DNA of 60,204 bases, filler included, from 4 parts of 4 records of this genome joined end to end with filler, not necessarily neighbours in it, one strand, 5' to 3'; shown: positions 22,074 through 32,133, counted from the whole stretch's first letter. Notes: a model not told the origin generated them from the letters alone. Program-made: numbers and translations.

Positions 22074-23111
22074 TCAGACACCGAGCTTCTTTCGAAGAGT
22101 CTCCCAAACCATATCAGGTGTAACCAATTTCATGCATTTGAAATGTCCTTCCGGACATTTCTTGGGGCCATGCAGACCACAAGGCCGACAAGCTAATTCT
22201 GTTTCCATGACAGTGGAGTTGTCCCCACGCGGAAAAAAACCAAGAGAACGGACGGTTGGACCAAACACGGCCACCAAGGGAACATCCTGTGTCCACGCCA
22301 AGTGCATCGGTCCAGAATCATTGCTCAAATATGCATCAAGCTTCCCAAGATAAGCTGCCAATTCTGGCAAGGAAAGCTTTCCCGCCAGATTCGTCACATG
22401 GGCAAAATCAGTTTTTGCTCCCTGTTCCACTTGTCTGGCTACGTCTTCTTCTCCGGGACCTGCAAAAATAAGGACATGCGCCCCGCTCTCCACAGCTCGG
22501 GACGTGATCTCGCTGAAATAATCGACAGGCCAGCATTTTGTCGGCCACGTAGAGCCGGGGTGAATCCCAAGCACAGGTCTGCCAAAATTGGTCGTATCCC
22601 AATACGCCGAAGCCGCGCCGCGAGCTTCTTCTGAAAGCACCAACTCCGCTTTTGGAGCCGAGACATCAATACCCAAGGGCTTGACCAATTCCATGAGTCG
22701 TTCAATTTCATCCAACTCATTGAATTTTCTGTCAACAGTCTCAGTGTACGCAAAACGGTTAAACCATGGCCTGTCATACCCGATACGCCGATCGATACCA
22801 GTTGCACCACTCACCAAAGCTGAACGGAAACTTGTATGTGTCGATACCCACAGATCAAAGCCTTGTTGTCCAACGGCTCTTCCATAACGAACCGCAGCGT
22901 TCAGAGACTTCTGTGCTCCGCGTTTGGCAAAACCATGAACAGCGGTGATTTCTGGCTGTCCGGCAAAGATTGATTCAAAACCGGTACGCACAAAAAAGTG
23001 TAGTTCCGCGTCAGGAAAACGGTCCTTGATTGCACGGAGCATGGGCAGGGTCAGTACGGCGTCGCCCAGAAAAGCAGTCTGCCAAACGCCAATTTTCTTG
23101 TATTCACTCAT
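22074..23111 (-). CDS. waaF: LPS heptosyltransferase (GT9, WaaF-like)
   Basis: QTAFLGDAVL, HPGSTWPTKCWP, SNDSGPMH, FGPT, CRPC. Confidence 0.85.
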   Translation of the reverse strand: MSEYKKIGVWQTAFLGDAVLTLPMLRAIKDRFPDAELHFFVRTGFESIFAGQPEITAVHGFAKRGAQKSLNAAVRYGRAVGQQGFDLWVSTHTSFRSALVSGATGIDRRIGYDRPWFNRFAYTETVDRKFNELDEIERLMELVKPLGIDVSAPKAELVLSEEARGAASAYWDTTNFGRPVLGIHPGSTWPTKCWPVDYFSEITSRAVESGAHVLIFAGPGEEDVARQVEQGAKTDFAHVTNLAGKLSLPELAAYLGKLDAYLSNDSGPMHLAWTQDVPLVAVFGPTVRSLGFFPRGDNSTVMETELACRPCGLHGPKKCPEGHFKCMKLVTPDMVWETLRKKLGV

Positions 23112-23205
23112 CGGAATCAGGTGTATCCTGTCTGGGACTCTCAGGCAACAGGTTGATCTCGCGCCGTGTTCCCATTAGTGTGACGCTCACTTAAGGAGAC
23201 GCCCC

Positions 23206-23445
23206 ATGAAATACATAATGTTTGAAGATTTTTCCGGTACCGCTGTTCCCGTCATCTTTCCCAACCGTATCAATTTTGACGAAATGCGCGAACAAATGCC
23301 GTACACCAAGGTCATTTCCGCTGGCTATGTATCACACGGCCCGGAAGGTTTCGCCTGTCACGGAAAATCCAAGGTTCTAGATGTCACAGCTCGCGAAGAT
23401 GACGGCGCAATCATCACAGCCAGATTCGAAGACGCAGAAAGCTAG
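23206..23445 (+). CDS. Small hypothetical protein
   Basis: Strong RBS AAGGAG; 79 aa; fills the gap and its stop overlaps the convergent gene. Confidence 0.7.
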   Translation: MKYIMFEDFSGTAVPVIFPNRINFDEMREQMPYTKVISAGYVSHGPEGFACHGKSKVLDVTAREDDGAIITARFEDAES

Positions 23446-24152
23446 GCAAACCACCTCGGAACATACTTCCCGCCATGCTTTACCTCGTCTTCAAGGCGCA
23501 GGTAATCAGGCTCATAGGACGCCACCAAAGCCCAATACCGCTTTGAGTGGTTTAGCTGTCTGGTGTGGCAAAGCTCATGAAGGAGCAGGTGGTCGACCAA
23601 CTCAATCGGCAAAAAAAGCAACTTGGCGTTAAGAGAAATCGTTCCCCGAGCAGAACAACTGCCCCAGCGCGTTTTCTGTCGCCGTATGCGCAAAGCCGAA
23701 TACGTCAATCCAGTGTGCCGACACATTAATTTCAGACGTGGCAACAAAAATTCACGTGCTTTTTGAGCCGTAAATATTTGCAAGGCCTCGAATATGGATC
23801 GCCGATCTTCAACAATACCATTTACCTGAAGCCGGCTCACATTCTCAATGACCTTTACGGAACCGGATCTATCCAAATAATCCACCTGATACACCCGATC
23901 CCATGCCTTGAAATCAATAACATTGGGCAAATCAGGCAACTCGCCTGAGAGATCACGTCCTTCAGCCAGTAGGCTGTCACGAGTGCGCTCAATCCACCGC
24001 TGCTTTTCAAACAAAATATCCGGGACTAACGCATGATCAAAGCCGCGAGGAACGACCACTTCCAACCCAACGCCTGGTACCAGTTTAACCAACACTCGCT
24101 TGGCTCGCGGATTTGTTTTAATGGTCAACGGTAATCCAGCAAACTTGGTCAT
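23442..24152 (-). CDS. YgjP/DUF45 zinc metalloprotease-fold protein
   Basis: QKTRWGSCS, LLHELCH....NHSKRYW. Confidence 0.9.
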   Translation of the reverse strand: MTKFAGLPLTIKTNPRAKRVLVKLVPGVGLEVVVPRGFDHALVPDILFEKQRWIERTRDSLLAEGRDLSGELPDLPNVIDFKAWDRVYQVDYLDRSGSVKVIENVSRLQVNGIVEDRRSIFEALQIFTAQKAREFLLPRLKLMCRHTGLTYSALRIRRQKTRWGSCSARGTISLNAKLLFLPIELVDHLLLHELCHTRQLNHSKRYWALVASYEPDYLRLEDEVKHGGKYVPRWFA

Positions 24153-24580
24153 TCAGGCAAATCCTCTTCGGTACGGATAGTAAACCCGTTCTCCTTGAGC
24201 AATCTGGCAAACAATCCGTCACCCGCAACACGGGTTGATGAAAACGTGCCGTCATAAATTTTACCGCTCCCACATGAGGGAGAGTTGGCTTTGAGAATCG
24301 CTTCATGACTTCCGACAAGTCGCGCCAGACGAAGCCCTTCTTCTGCCCCGCGTTGGAAGGCTTCGGTACGATCGACGCCATCACTATCAACAACTTTGTT
24401 CTCCCTTATTTCACAAGGTGCACGCGGCGTTGATAGACCACCGTGCACTTCAGGGCAAAATGGAATGGCCTGTCCCTGACTGACAAGCTCAATAATAGTT
24501 TCGTGAGGCTGTGTATCGCCATTGTAACGACAGTACATACCCGCCAGACAAGCGGAGACAATTATAGGTGCTTCTTTCAT
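24149..24580 (-). CDS. DUF523 protein (TudS-type 2-thiouracil desulfidase)
   Basis: SACLAG..CRYNG, CPEV.GGL.TPR, LKANSPSCG. Confidence 0.88.
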   Translation of the reverse strand: MKEAPIIVSACLAGMYCRYNGDTQPHETIIELVSQGQAIPFCPEVHGGLSTPRAPCEIRENKVVDSDGVDRTEAFQRGAEEGLRLARLVGSHEAILKANSPSCGSGKIYDGTFSSTRVAGDGLFARLLKENGFTIRTEEDLPE

Positions 24581-24649
24581 GACACGATTCTATACTTGAT
24601 TTTTCACATGTCAAAGACCTATTGTCGCCCCTCATCAAAAAGGACTTCA

Positions 24650-25807
24650 ATGACTGATCAACTTAAAAAACGCCGAATGTATATTTTTCTCCTCGTACTC
24701 ATGGTGGGTACGGGTGTGGCTTTTCAGGGATGGCGTACCCTGCTCAACAACTTTGCCGTAGATGTCGCAGGCCTCGACGGGCTGGGTATGGGCATCGCGA
24801 ACTCCATCCGCGAAGTCCCGGGCTTCCTGGCAATGCTTGCTATATATGTCATCCTGATCATCAGGGAACACCGACTGGCCGCCTTATCCGTCGTTATCAC
24901 CGGGGTAGGAGTTGGATTGACCGGACTTTTCCCCTCCCTAGCCGGCATTATCTGCACCACTTTGCTCATGAGTTTCGGTTTCCACTACTTCGAAACCATG
25001 AACCAATCACTCACATTACAATATTTCAATCACACGGAAGCACCACTGGTTATGGGACGGCTCAGAAGTATCGGAGCGCTGACAAACATCACTGTCGGTG
25101 GGTTCATTTACTTCCTTGCAAAGACGCTCGGATATACCGAAATGTTCGCCCTCTTCGGCGCCGTGGCAATTTGTGCCGGCCTGTGGGGATTGACGCGAGA
25201 TCCATCTCGGGAAGACCTTCCCCTCCAGCACAAGAAAATGGTCCTGAAAAAAAAGTACTGGCTCTTTTATGCTTTGACTCTCATGAGCGGGGCTAGACGA
25301 CAAATATTCGTGGCCTTTGCCGTATTTCTCCTCGTGGAAAAATTTGATTACTCTATCCAACAAGTCACCATTCTTTTTGTCTGCAACAACGTGATCAACT
25401 ATTTTGCCAACCCTCTCATCGGCAAGGCGGTTAATCGCTTCGGAGAACGATCCGTTCTCAGTGTGGAATACTCTACGTTGATTCTGGTTTTCCTCGGATA
25501 CGCATATACTGAAAGCGCTCTTCTGGCTGGCGGGCTCTATGTCGTCGACAATGTGGTCTTCAACTTTTCAATGGGTATCAAAACATTTTACCAAAAAATC
25601 GCTGATCCCAAAGATATTGCATCCGGTATGGCCGTTGGATTCACCATCAATCATATCGCCGCGGTCTTTATTCCGGTGATGGGCGGTATTGCCTGGATCA
25701 CGAACTACAGAGCCGTATTTATCGGTGCAGTCGTCATGTCATTGGTTTCACTGGTTTTGACACAAATCATTCCCGCACAGCTGCACAAGATTCGAGCAAC
25801 CGGTTGA
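24650..25807 (+). CDS. MFS transporter
   Basis: About 12 TM segments; IREVPGFL, GARRQIF, GFTINHIAA; start moved to MTDQ after an AAGGA RBS. Confidence 0.88.
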   Translation: MTDQLKKRRMYIFLLVLMVGTGVAFQGWRTLLNNFAVDVAGLDGLGMGIANSIREVPGFLAMLAIYVILIIREHRLAALSVVITGVGVGLTGLFPSLAGIICTTLLMSFGFHYFETMNQSLTLQYFNHTEAPLVMGRLRSIGALTNITVGGFIYFLAKTLGYTEMFALFGAVAICAGLWGLTRDPSREDLPLQHKKMVLKKKYWLFYALTLMSGARRQIFVAFAVFLLVEKFDYSIQQVTILFVCNNVINYFANPLIGKAVNRFGERSVLSVEYSTLILVFLGYAYTESALLAGGLYVVDNVVFNFSMGIKTFYQKIADPKDIASGMAVGFTINHIAAVFIPVMGGIAWITNYRAVFIGAVVMSLVSLVLTQIIPAQLHKIRATG

Positions 25808-25882
25808 CTTAGCGCGTCATGATGATAGCTTTGACATACAAACTGTCCGCAAAGCGGACTCTCAGATCGAACGGATAGACGA

Positions 25883-26428
25883 ATGAAAGGACTTGGACAG
25901 GGACTCCCAAAAGTATTTCTCCAAACAGGTGACTGCTTCTTCGGCGTGCAACCAACATTGGTTTCCACGGTGTTGGGATCATGTCTGGCCGTAACCCTGC
26001 ACTCTCCCAAATTGGGGATTGGTACAATCTGTCACGCCTTCCTACCGGACAGCCTACAGGACAAACGACAAAACACCCCTGAACCGCAAGTCTGTCGATT
26101 TGTCGACACAGCGCTACAAAACATGTTGGAAACAATGGACAAAGTCGGCATCCCCCGACGCGATCTGATCATCAAAATGTTCGGAGGCGGAAGTGGCATG
26201 GTTGCCTGCAAGACCCCATCAGGCGGCTTCAACATTGGCAAACGCAATATAGAAATGGCTCGGCGACTTCTCAAATTTGCCCGACTCCCCATCCAAGTGG
26301 AAGACGTGGGCGGTTCTCAGGGACGCAAACTCATGTTCCATACCCAGACTGGAGAAATCTGGGTCAAAAAACTACGAAAATCAGAATGTAGCGGAGACGC
26401 GTCAGGCAACGCCGGATCCAAATTCTAG
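25883..26428 (+). CDS. cheD: Chemoreceptor glutamine deamidase CheD
   Basis: TVLGSCLAV, CHAFLP, KMFGG, IGKRN, DVGG..GRK. Confidence 0.92.
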   Translation: MKGLGQGLPKVFLQTGDCFFGVQPTLVSTVLGSCLAVTLHSPKLGIGTICHAFLPDSLQDKRQNTPEPQVCRFVDTALQNMLETMDKVGIPRRDLIIKMFGGGSGMVACKTPSGGFNIGKRNIEMARRLLKFARLPIQVEDVGGSQGRKLMFHTQTGEIWVKKLRKSECSGDASGNAGSKF

Positions 26429-26436
26429 GAGAACTC

Positions 26437-27234
26437 ATGAAGACCACGTTGAAACACCTATACAGCCTCCTGCTCCTCCTTACTTTAACAACATTTTCCA
26501 GTGGTCTGGCCGTTGCTGGCGATTCCCTTTATCAATATTCCACAATCGACGCTTTGCTGGCAGGTCTCTATGATGGTGAGTTGACTATCAAGAACCTCAT
26601 GTTCCAAGGAGACTTTGGTCTCGGGACGCTCAACGGCATTGACGGCGAATTGGTGGTACTAGACGGCACCCCTTACCATATCAGTGCAGGGGGCAAAGCA
26701 ACCGTCCCCGCCGACAGTGCTAAAGTACCTTTTGCCACGGTTTCATTTTTCGACGAAGACATGATCCTCAAATTGGACCGAATACAATCATTACACGACC
26801 TCAACGAGGCCATAACCCTCGGGTTACCCTCAAAAAATGCCTTCTACGCCATTCGCATTGATGGTCGATTCTCCTTTGTAAAGGCCCGGGCCATCCCCAA
26901 ACAGAACCCGCCTTACGAACCATTACACGAAGTGGTCAAACATCAGGTGGTCGTCCAGTTCTCAGGAGAAGGTACCTTGGTTGGTTACTATTCCCCTTCT
27001 TTTGTCAAAGGCGTTAATGTCCCTGGCTACCACTGGCATTTCATCACTAATGACCGCACAGGTGGCGGGCATGTTCTGGACTGTTCATTCGCTCCGACCA
27101 CCGCTCGGCTGGATTCCGTGTATGCTTTTTCCGTCAAATTGCCTGAATCTCCTGAATTCAGTGAACTGGACCTTTCTGAAGACAAAAGCAAAGAATTGGA
27201 CAAAGTGGAAAAAGCCCCCGCCCAAAAGGAATAA
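26437..27234 (+). CDS. budA: Alpha-acetolactate decarboxylase with N-terminal signal peptide
   Basis: YQYSTIDALLAGLYDG, GDFGLGT..GIDGE, Zn motif GYHWHF...GGH. Confidence 0.9.
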   Translation: MKTTLKHLYSLLLLLTLTTFSSGLAVAGDSLYQYSTIDALLAGLYDGELTIKNLMFQGDFGLGTLNGIDGELVVLDGTPYHISAGGKATVPADSAKVPFATVSFFDEDMILKLDRIQSLHDLNEAITLGLPSKNAFYAIRIDGRFSFVKARAIPKQNPPYEPLHEVVKHQVVVQFSGEGTLVGYYSPSFVKGVNVPGYHWHFITNDRTGGGHVLDCSFAPTTARLDSVYAFSVKLPESPEFSELDLSEDKSKELDKVEKAPAQKE

Positions 27235-27293
27235 TACTTCTTTAAAATCAGGATAAACTGAACCTGCACCGATACAGGGAGCCGTCTCAAAAC

Positions 27294-28256
27294 ATGCGCA
27301 TTCTCATGCTCGCCATAAACGACCCCGCTGGAACGGCTATCCAGTTTACCAAGGCCATCAATCGGCATACTCCTCATTCGGCCCGACTGGTTACACTGGA
27401 AAGCCGATATACCCACTCTTGGGAAAAAGACATGCACGTCCCAGACCTTGGCCCGGACGGCATGGAGGAGGTATCCATCCTCATGCAGGAAGCGGATGTC
27501 TTTCATTTCCACATGACCTGCGATGAAAATCAATCCTTTGGTCATCTGTTGCCTGTTGATTTCATCAAAGGCAAAGCCATCGTCCACCACCATCATGGAC
27601 ACCACGATTTCCGGTCAAACCCTGAATCCTTCCGTCAAAAATATACTGCATTGGGACGACGTAACTTGCTCGTTTCCACGCCGGACTTGATGAAACTCCT
27701 CCCCGAAGCCCAATGGCAACCCAACCTCGTCCCTATAGACGAACCGCTGTTCACCCCCCTATGGGGCCGTTTCGATGACGATGGGCCTCTCAAAGTCTGC
27801 CACTCCCCGACCCGTAAGGATCTCAAAAACACCGACGAATTTCTGAATGTCGTCAACACCATCAATAAACGCAAGGTCCACATGTCGGTCGACCTTATCG
27901 ATGATGTTCCCAACACGGAGTGTCTGGCCCGAAAACGTCGATGCCACGTTCTTTTTGATCACATGCAGGGATACTATGGAGTTTCCAGCCTTGAAGGCCT
28001 TTCACAAGGCGTCGCGGTTATTGCAGGGCTCGACGAATGGAATCGCGCTCAAGTAGCTAAATTCGCGAGGACTGAAGAATTACCGTGGATATTAGCACAC
28101 ACAGAAGAGGATTTGGCGGACAGGCTTATGGAATTCATCCATAACCGCCCGGCATGCAAAGCCGCAGGTAAAAAGGGAAGGACATTCATGGAAGAGCGGT
28201 GGTCTGACAAACACGTCATCGAACATCTCACACAGTTTTACGATTCCCTCGACTAG
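27294..28256 (+). CDS. Putative glycosyltransferase (GT-B)
   Basis: HSPT...KNT, FDHM..YYGVSSLEGLSQG, C-terminal GRTFMEERWS. Confidence 0.7.
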   Translation: MRILMLAINDPAGTAIQFTKAINRHTPHSARLVTLESRYTHSWEKDMHVPDLGPDGMEEVSILMQEADVFHFHMTCDENQSFGHLLPVDFIKGKAIVHHHHGHHDFRSNPESFRQKYTALGRRNLLVSTPDLMKLLPEAQWQPNLVPIDEPLFTPLWGRFDDDGPLKVCHSPTRKDLKNTDEFLNVVNTINKRKVHMSVDLIDDVPNTECLARKRRCHVLFDHMQGYYGVSSLEGLSQGVAVIAGLDEWNRAQVAKFARTEELPWILAHTEEDLADRLMEFIHNRPACKAAGKKGRTFMEERWSDKHVIEHLTQFYDSLD

Positions 28257-28306
28257 AGAACTGAAACCCCGTCTTTGCCATTTATAACTGATTTGCGTAT
28301 ATTACA

Positions 28307-28993
28307 GTGATTCAATTTCAAAAAGGGACTTGCATGTCGAAAACATTTGGTAAATGGGCCATTCTTCTGGGACTATGCGTTGCCATAGCCTTCATGGCGA
28401 ACACACTCCTTGTCTCTTCCTGTGGCGCAGAGACTCCTGTACGCAATGAATTACGTATGAATGTGGATTTCACGATCCTTCCCATGGTTTTACCCGATGG
28501 AACGGAAACTCCGGCACAGTCCACTGAAGACCAAAAGCTTGGTGAACCAGAAGTCATCACCTCTCCTGAAGAGCCGCAAGCCATTACAGTTCCAGATCAG
28601 GAAATCGCAAAACCGCAACCCGAAATCACACCGCCACCTCCTGCTCCCATAACCGAAACGCCCACACAAACACTTGGTAAAGTAAAAAGTGTCGCCGTGA
28701 AAGAATCGGACACAGGTTTCGTCATAACCATTCAAACAGACCGCCCTGTGACCGATACCAGTTATATTAACCTGACCGATCCTCGACGGCTGGTCTTCGA
28801 TCTGATCGGACCATGGAAATATCATAATGCAAATGTGTTCAGACTAAACGGCTCGGTCAAACATATCGTAGTGGGAGAACACCCTGACCGCCTCCGGCTT
28901 GTGGTTCACTTCCGTACCCCGCCCGCAAACAGCGTGAAACCTGTTGTGAATATCGCTGACACGACACTGACAGCGACAATCGCTCTCCCGTAA
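28307..28993 (+). CDS. AMIN-domain envelope protein
   Basis: N-terminal TM, Pro/Glu-rich linker, L.DPRRLVFDL, GEHPDRLRLVV; start may be ATG 28334. Confidence 0.8.
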   Translation: MIQFQKGTCMSKTFGKWAILLGLCVAIAFMANTLLVSSCGAETPVRNELRMNVDFTILPMVLPDGTETPAQSTEDQKLGEPEVITSPEEPQAITVPDQEIAKPQPEITPPPPAPITETPTQTLGKVKSVAVKESDTGFVITIQTDRPVTDTSYINLTDPRRLVFDLIGPWKYHNANVFRLNGSVKHIVVGEHPDRLRLVVHFRTPPANSVKPVVNIADTTLTATIALP

Positions 28994-29001
28994 TATTAAC
29001 G

Positions 29002-29045
29002 CCGTCACGCAATTGTAACATCCAAGTCATTCTGACGTAACCGGT
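29002..29045 (+). promoter_or_regulatory. Pho box (four 11-bp direct repeats)
   Basis: GTCAC 29004, GTAAC 29015, GTCAT 29026, GTAAC 29037, exactly 11 bp apart, upstream of pstB-phoU. Confidence 0.8.
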
Positions 29046-29112
29046 AAGAGGTAGTCGTGTTTGGTCGTATCGCTGGTACGACAAATCTCTTTTGAATGGA
29101 GAACGAACAGAC

Positions 29113-29874
29113 ATGACAACCGCCATCAAGGTGGCTTCCGACAACCTCGACTTCCATTACGGCGAATTCAAGGCTCTGGAAGACATCAGTATTCAATTCG
29201 AGTCGAACAGGGTCACCGCCCTCATCGGCCCGTCCGGTTGCGGCAAGTCCACATACTTGCGCTGCATCAACCGCATGAACGACCTCATTCCCGGCACCCG
29301 TGTGGATGGCAAAATGACTCTCGACGGTCAGGACGTCTACGCATCTGGTATTGATGTAGTTTCACTGCGTCGCCGCATTGGAATGGTTTTCCAGAAGCCC
29401 AATCCCTTCCCTAAATCCATTTTCGAAAACGTGGCGTACGGGCTACGCGTCAATGGAGTGAAGGACAAACAATTCCTGGAACAAAAAATAGAAGAGAGTC
29501 TGCTTGGTGCCGCCTTGTGGGATGAAGTCAAAGACCGACTTCATACATCAGCCCTCGGGTTATCCGGCGGTCAGCAGCAACGGCTATGCATCGCCCGCGC
29601 CCTTGCTGTTGAACCGGAAGTACTCCTGATGGATGAACCGGCTTCAGCTCTGGACCCTATCGCCACCCAAAAAATCGAAGACCTTATTCACGAGTTAAAA
29701 AAAGAGTTCACGATTATTATCGTCACCCACTCCATGCAACAGGCTGCCCGTGTTTCCGACAAAACCGCGTTCTTTTATATGGGCAAACTCATCGAAGTGG
29801 ATGAGACCAAGGCCATGTTTACCAATCCGGCCAACAAGCAGACTGAAGATTATATTACGGGCCGTTTCGGTTAA
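29113..29874 (+). CDS. pstB: Phosphate ABC transporter ATPase
   Basis: [44 protein letters not shown]; alternative start 29092. Confidence 0.97.
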   Translation: MTTAIKVASDNLDFHYGEFKALEDISIQFESNRVTALIGPSGCGKSTYLRCINRMNDLIPGTRVDGKMTLDGQDVYASGIDVVSLRRRIGMVFQKPNPFPKSIFENVAYGLRVNGVKDKQFLEQKIEESLLGAALWDEVKDRLHTSALGLSGGQQQRLCIARALAVEPEVLLMDEPASALDPIATQKIEDLIHELKKEFTIIIVTHSMQQAARVSDKTAFFYMGKLIEVDETKAMFTNPANKQTEDYITGRFG

Positions 29875-29900
29875 ACCGGCTCCAAGGACGGGATTTTTTT

Positions 29901-30566
29901 ATGGAACAACGCGCACATTTTTCAAAAAAACTTGAAGACCTCAAGGTCATGGTCCTGCGCATGGCAGCCCTGTCGGAATCCGCCGTGCACAAGGCGATCA
30001 AGGCCTACCTCGAAAACGACGCTGATCTGGCCGAAACGGTTATAGTCGGCGACGATGTCATTAATGAAATGGAAGACGAAATCGACAACTTCAGCCTTGA
30101 ACTGCTCGCACTTGACCAGCCCATGGCTGTGGATTTGCGAACCATTGTCGGTGCTCAACGAATCACGGTGAACTTGGAACGTCTTGGCGACGAAGCCTCC
30201 AACCTGGCGCACAGGGCAATGTTCCTGTCCACTCGGCCGCCCATGCCACACAATCCAAAAATGGAAGAGCTGGCGAACATCGTCAAGCACATGCTTTCCG
30301 ACGCCCTCAAGGCCTATATAGATAACGATGTCGCCTTGGCTGGACAGGTATGCCGTATGGATGACAGGGCTGACGATCTAAATATCGCCATCTTGCGACA
30401 ACTTGCCTCTGAAATGGTGACTGAATCACGCATCGTGGAACGCGGCATACACGCCATTATCGGGGCTCGCCACCTTGAACGGATCGGAGATCTCGCCACG
30501 AATGTCTCCGAGTCAGTGGTCTTTATCGTCGAGGGTACCAGCATGAAACACAACTGCAAAGGGTAA
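29901..30566 (+). CDS. phoU: Phosphate signalling protein PhoU
   Basis: QPMAVDLR, LERLGD, HLERIGDLATN. Confidence 0.96.
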   Translation: MEQRAHFSKKLEDLKVMVLRMAALSESAVHKAIKAYLENDADLAETVIVGDDVINEMEDEIDNFSLELLALDQPMAVDLRTIVGAQRITVNLERLGDEASNLAHRAMFLSTRPPMPHNPKMEELANIVKHMLSDALKAYIDNDVALAGQVCRMDDRADDLNIAILRQLASEMVTESRIVERGIHAIIGARHLERIGDLATNVSESVVFIVEGTSMKHNCKG

Positions 30567-30577
30567 CACTGCCAGTT

Positions 30578-30619
30578 AACAAAGTCCCGGCACAGTCTAC
30601 ACTGTACCGGGACTTTGTT
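30578..30619. terminator. Bidirectional terminator
   Basis: AACAAAGTCCCGG-CACAG..CTGTA-CCGGGACTTTGTT between convergent genes. Confidence 0.8.
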
Positions 30620-30628
30620 TAAGAAAAT

Positions 30629-31033
30629 TCAAAGCGCGGCAACTTCAGCCGCGAGTCGGGACACTTCTTCTTCAAGCTGAGCAATAAGTCGAACACACAT
30701 ATCAGTGTCCCCTTTCTTCGCTACCGATTCCAACGCGGCAACGACTTCTCGCGTGGCTCTGGCCCCGATAGAAGCAGCCACACTCTTCAATGTGTGGCTA
30801 TGAAGCACTATATCATTCAACGCATTGGTTTCCACACTTCTCCGAATCAAATCAAGCCGATATTCGACTTCCTCAATGGCCTTGGGGACAAGCATCATAA
30901 TCTCGTCACGCGTCAATTCCATGAACTCGCAAATTTCATCAAGTTCAAGGGCGGGATATGTTCGTACAATGGGAGTATGTGAATCCAACATCTGAGACCT
31001 CCATGAATGAGGCCTACATACAGCATATGGCAA
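30629..31033 (-). CDS. Stand-alone Hpt phosphotransfer protein
   Basis: HSHTLKSVAASIGA; likely start at MLDSH (about 30991) after GGAGG. Confidence 0.82.
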   Translation of the reverse strand: MPYAVCRPHSWRSQMLDSHTPIVRTYPALELDEICEFMELTRDEIMMLVPKAIEEVEYRLDLIRRSVETNALNDIVLHSHTLKSVAASIGARATREVVAALESVAKKGDTDMCVRLIAQLEEEVSRLAAEVAAL

Positions 31034-31065
31034 TCCGAGGAAAGGAAAAGAGGATATATCGGAGA

Positions 31066-31443
31066 CTAAACGACCTTATCCGCAACCGTCTGCCCTTCAA
31101 ACCACCGAGCGTAATCCGCCCCCCATTTGCACAAACTCTCTATTACCGGCATGACGCTTAGCCCCAAATCCGTCAGGGAATACTCCACTTTTGGCGGCAC
31201 CTGCGCATAGACCTTGCGTGAGACGACACCGTCCGCTTCCAATTCACGTAACTGCTGTGTCAGCATCTTCTGCGTAATATTAGGAATGGACCTTTTCACT
31301 TCGCTAAACCGCAAAGTTCCGTCATTCCCCAATCGATGAATAATGATTGGTTTCCATTTTCCACCGATGACCTGCAATGTCAGTTCAACAGTACAAAAAT
31401 ACTTTTTTTCACCACAAAATTTCATGGAACATTCAGTCCCCAT
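31066..31443 (-). CDS. HxlR family transcriptional regulator
   Basis: YFC.VE.TL.VIGGKWK, QKMLTQQLRELE.DG, PPKVEYSLT. Confidence 0.93.
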   Translation of the reverse strand: MGTECSMKFCGEKKYFCTVELTLQVIGGKWKPIIIHRLGNDGTLRFSEVKRSIPNITQKMLTQQLRELEADGVVSRKVYAQVPPKVEYSLTDLGLSVMPVIESLCKWGADYARWFEGQTVADKVV

Positions 31444-31508
31444 ACAAAACTCCGTTTATTCTTTTACTCATTGCCCTGCCTATGTATTATAAAACAAAGA
31501 GGCCAATG

Positions 31509-31548
31509 GTTTCCTTTTGGTAACTATAGTACTTTAAAGTGCGTACTT
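31509..31548. promoter_or_regulatory. Candidate HxlR operators in the divergent intergenic region
   Basis: Imperfect palindromes GTTTCC-TTTT-GGTAAC, GTACTTTAAAGTGC, AAGTGCGTACTT. Confidence 0.5.
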
Positions 31549-31623
31549 GATCTTTTATCACCATTAGCAGAAAAGGGTAAGACAGTAAACAACGTCACAT
31601 CCCACAACAGGAGGAAAAGACAT

Positions 31624-32133
31624 ATGGATATCATGGAAGCCCTGCTCACCCGCAGAAGCATACGAAAATTTGAAAACAAACCGGTCCCGGAAGTGATGGT
31701 CAAACAAATTCTTGAGGCCGCCATGATGGCTCCAAGCGCTGGTAACGCCCAGCCATGGCGGTTTATTGTCGTCGATGATCGAAAAAAACTCGATGGTATG
31801 GCCGGTATTCATATTCATATGAAAATGGTCACTCAGGCCGCTCTCGGAATCATCGTCTGTGCAGACTTGAGCAAAGAAAAATTTCCGGGATACTGGGTGC
31901 AGGATTGTTCCGCAGCCATGCAAAATCTCCTGCTTGCAGTGCATGGCCTTGGTCTCGGAGCTGTCTGGACTGGTATCCATCCCGTTGAAGAAAGACTCAA
32001 GGCTTTTAAGGAAATGTTCAATTTGCCGGAACATGTTGTTCCTCTCGGATTCGCCCCTATTGGCTGGCCTGCTCAACAACTTAAATCCGAAAGCCGTTTT
32101 CAGGCTGACCGGGTTCATTACAACACATACTAG
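31624..32133 (+). CDS. Nitroreductase family protein
   Basis: RRSIRKF, APSAGNAQPW, QNLLLA..GLGAVW; start moved to MDIMEA after AGGAGG. Confidence 0.93.
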   Translation: MDIMEALLTRRSIRKFENKPVPEVMVKQILEAAMMAPSAGNAQPWRFIVVDDRKKLDGMAGIHIHMKMVTQAALGIIVCADLSKEKFPGYWVQDCSAAMQNLLLAVHGLGLGAVWTGIHPVEERLKAFKEMFNLPEHVVPLGFAPIGWPAQQLKSESRFQADRVHYNTY

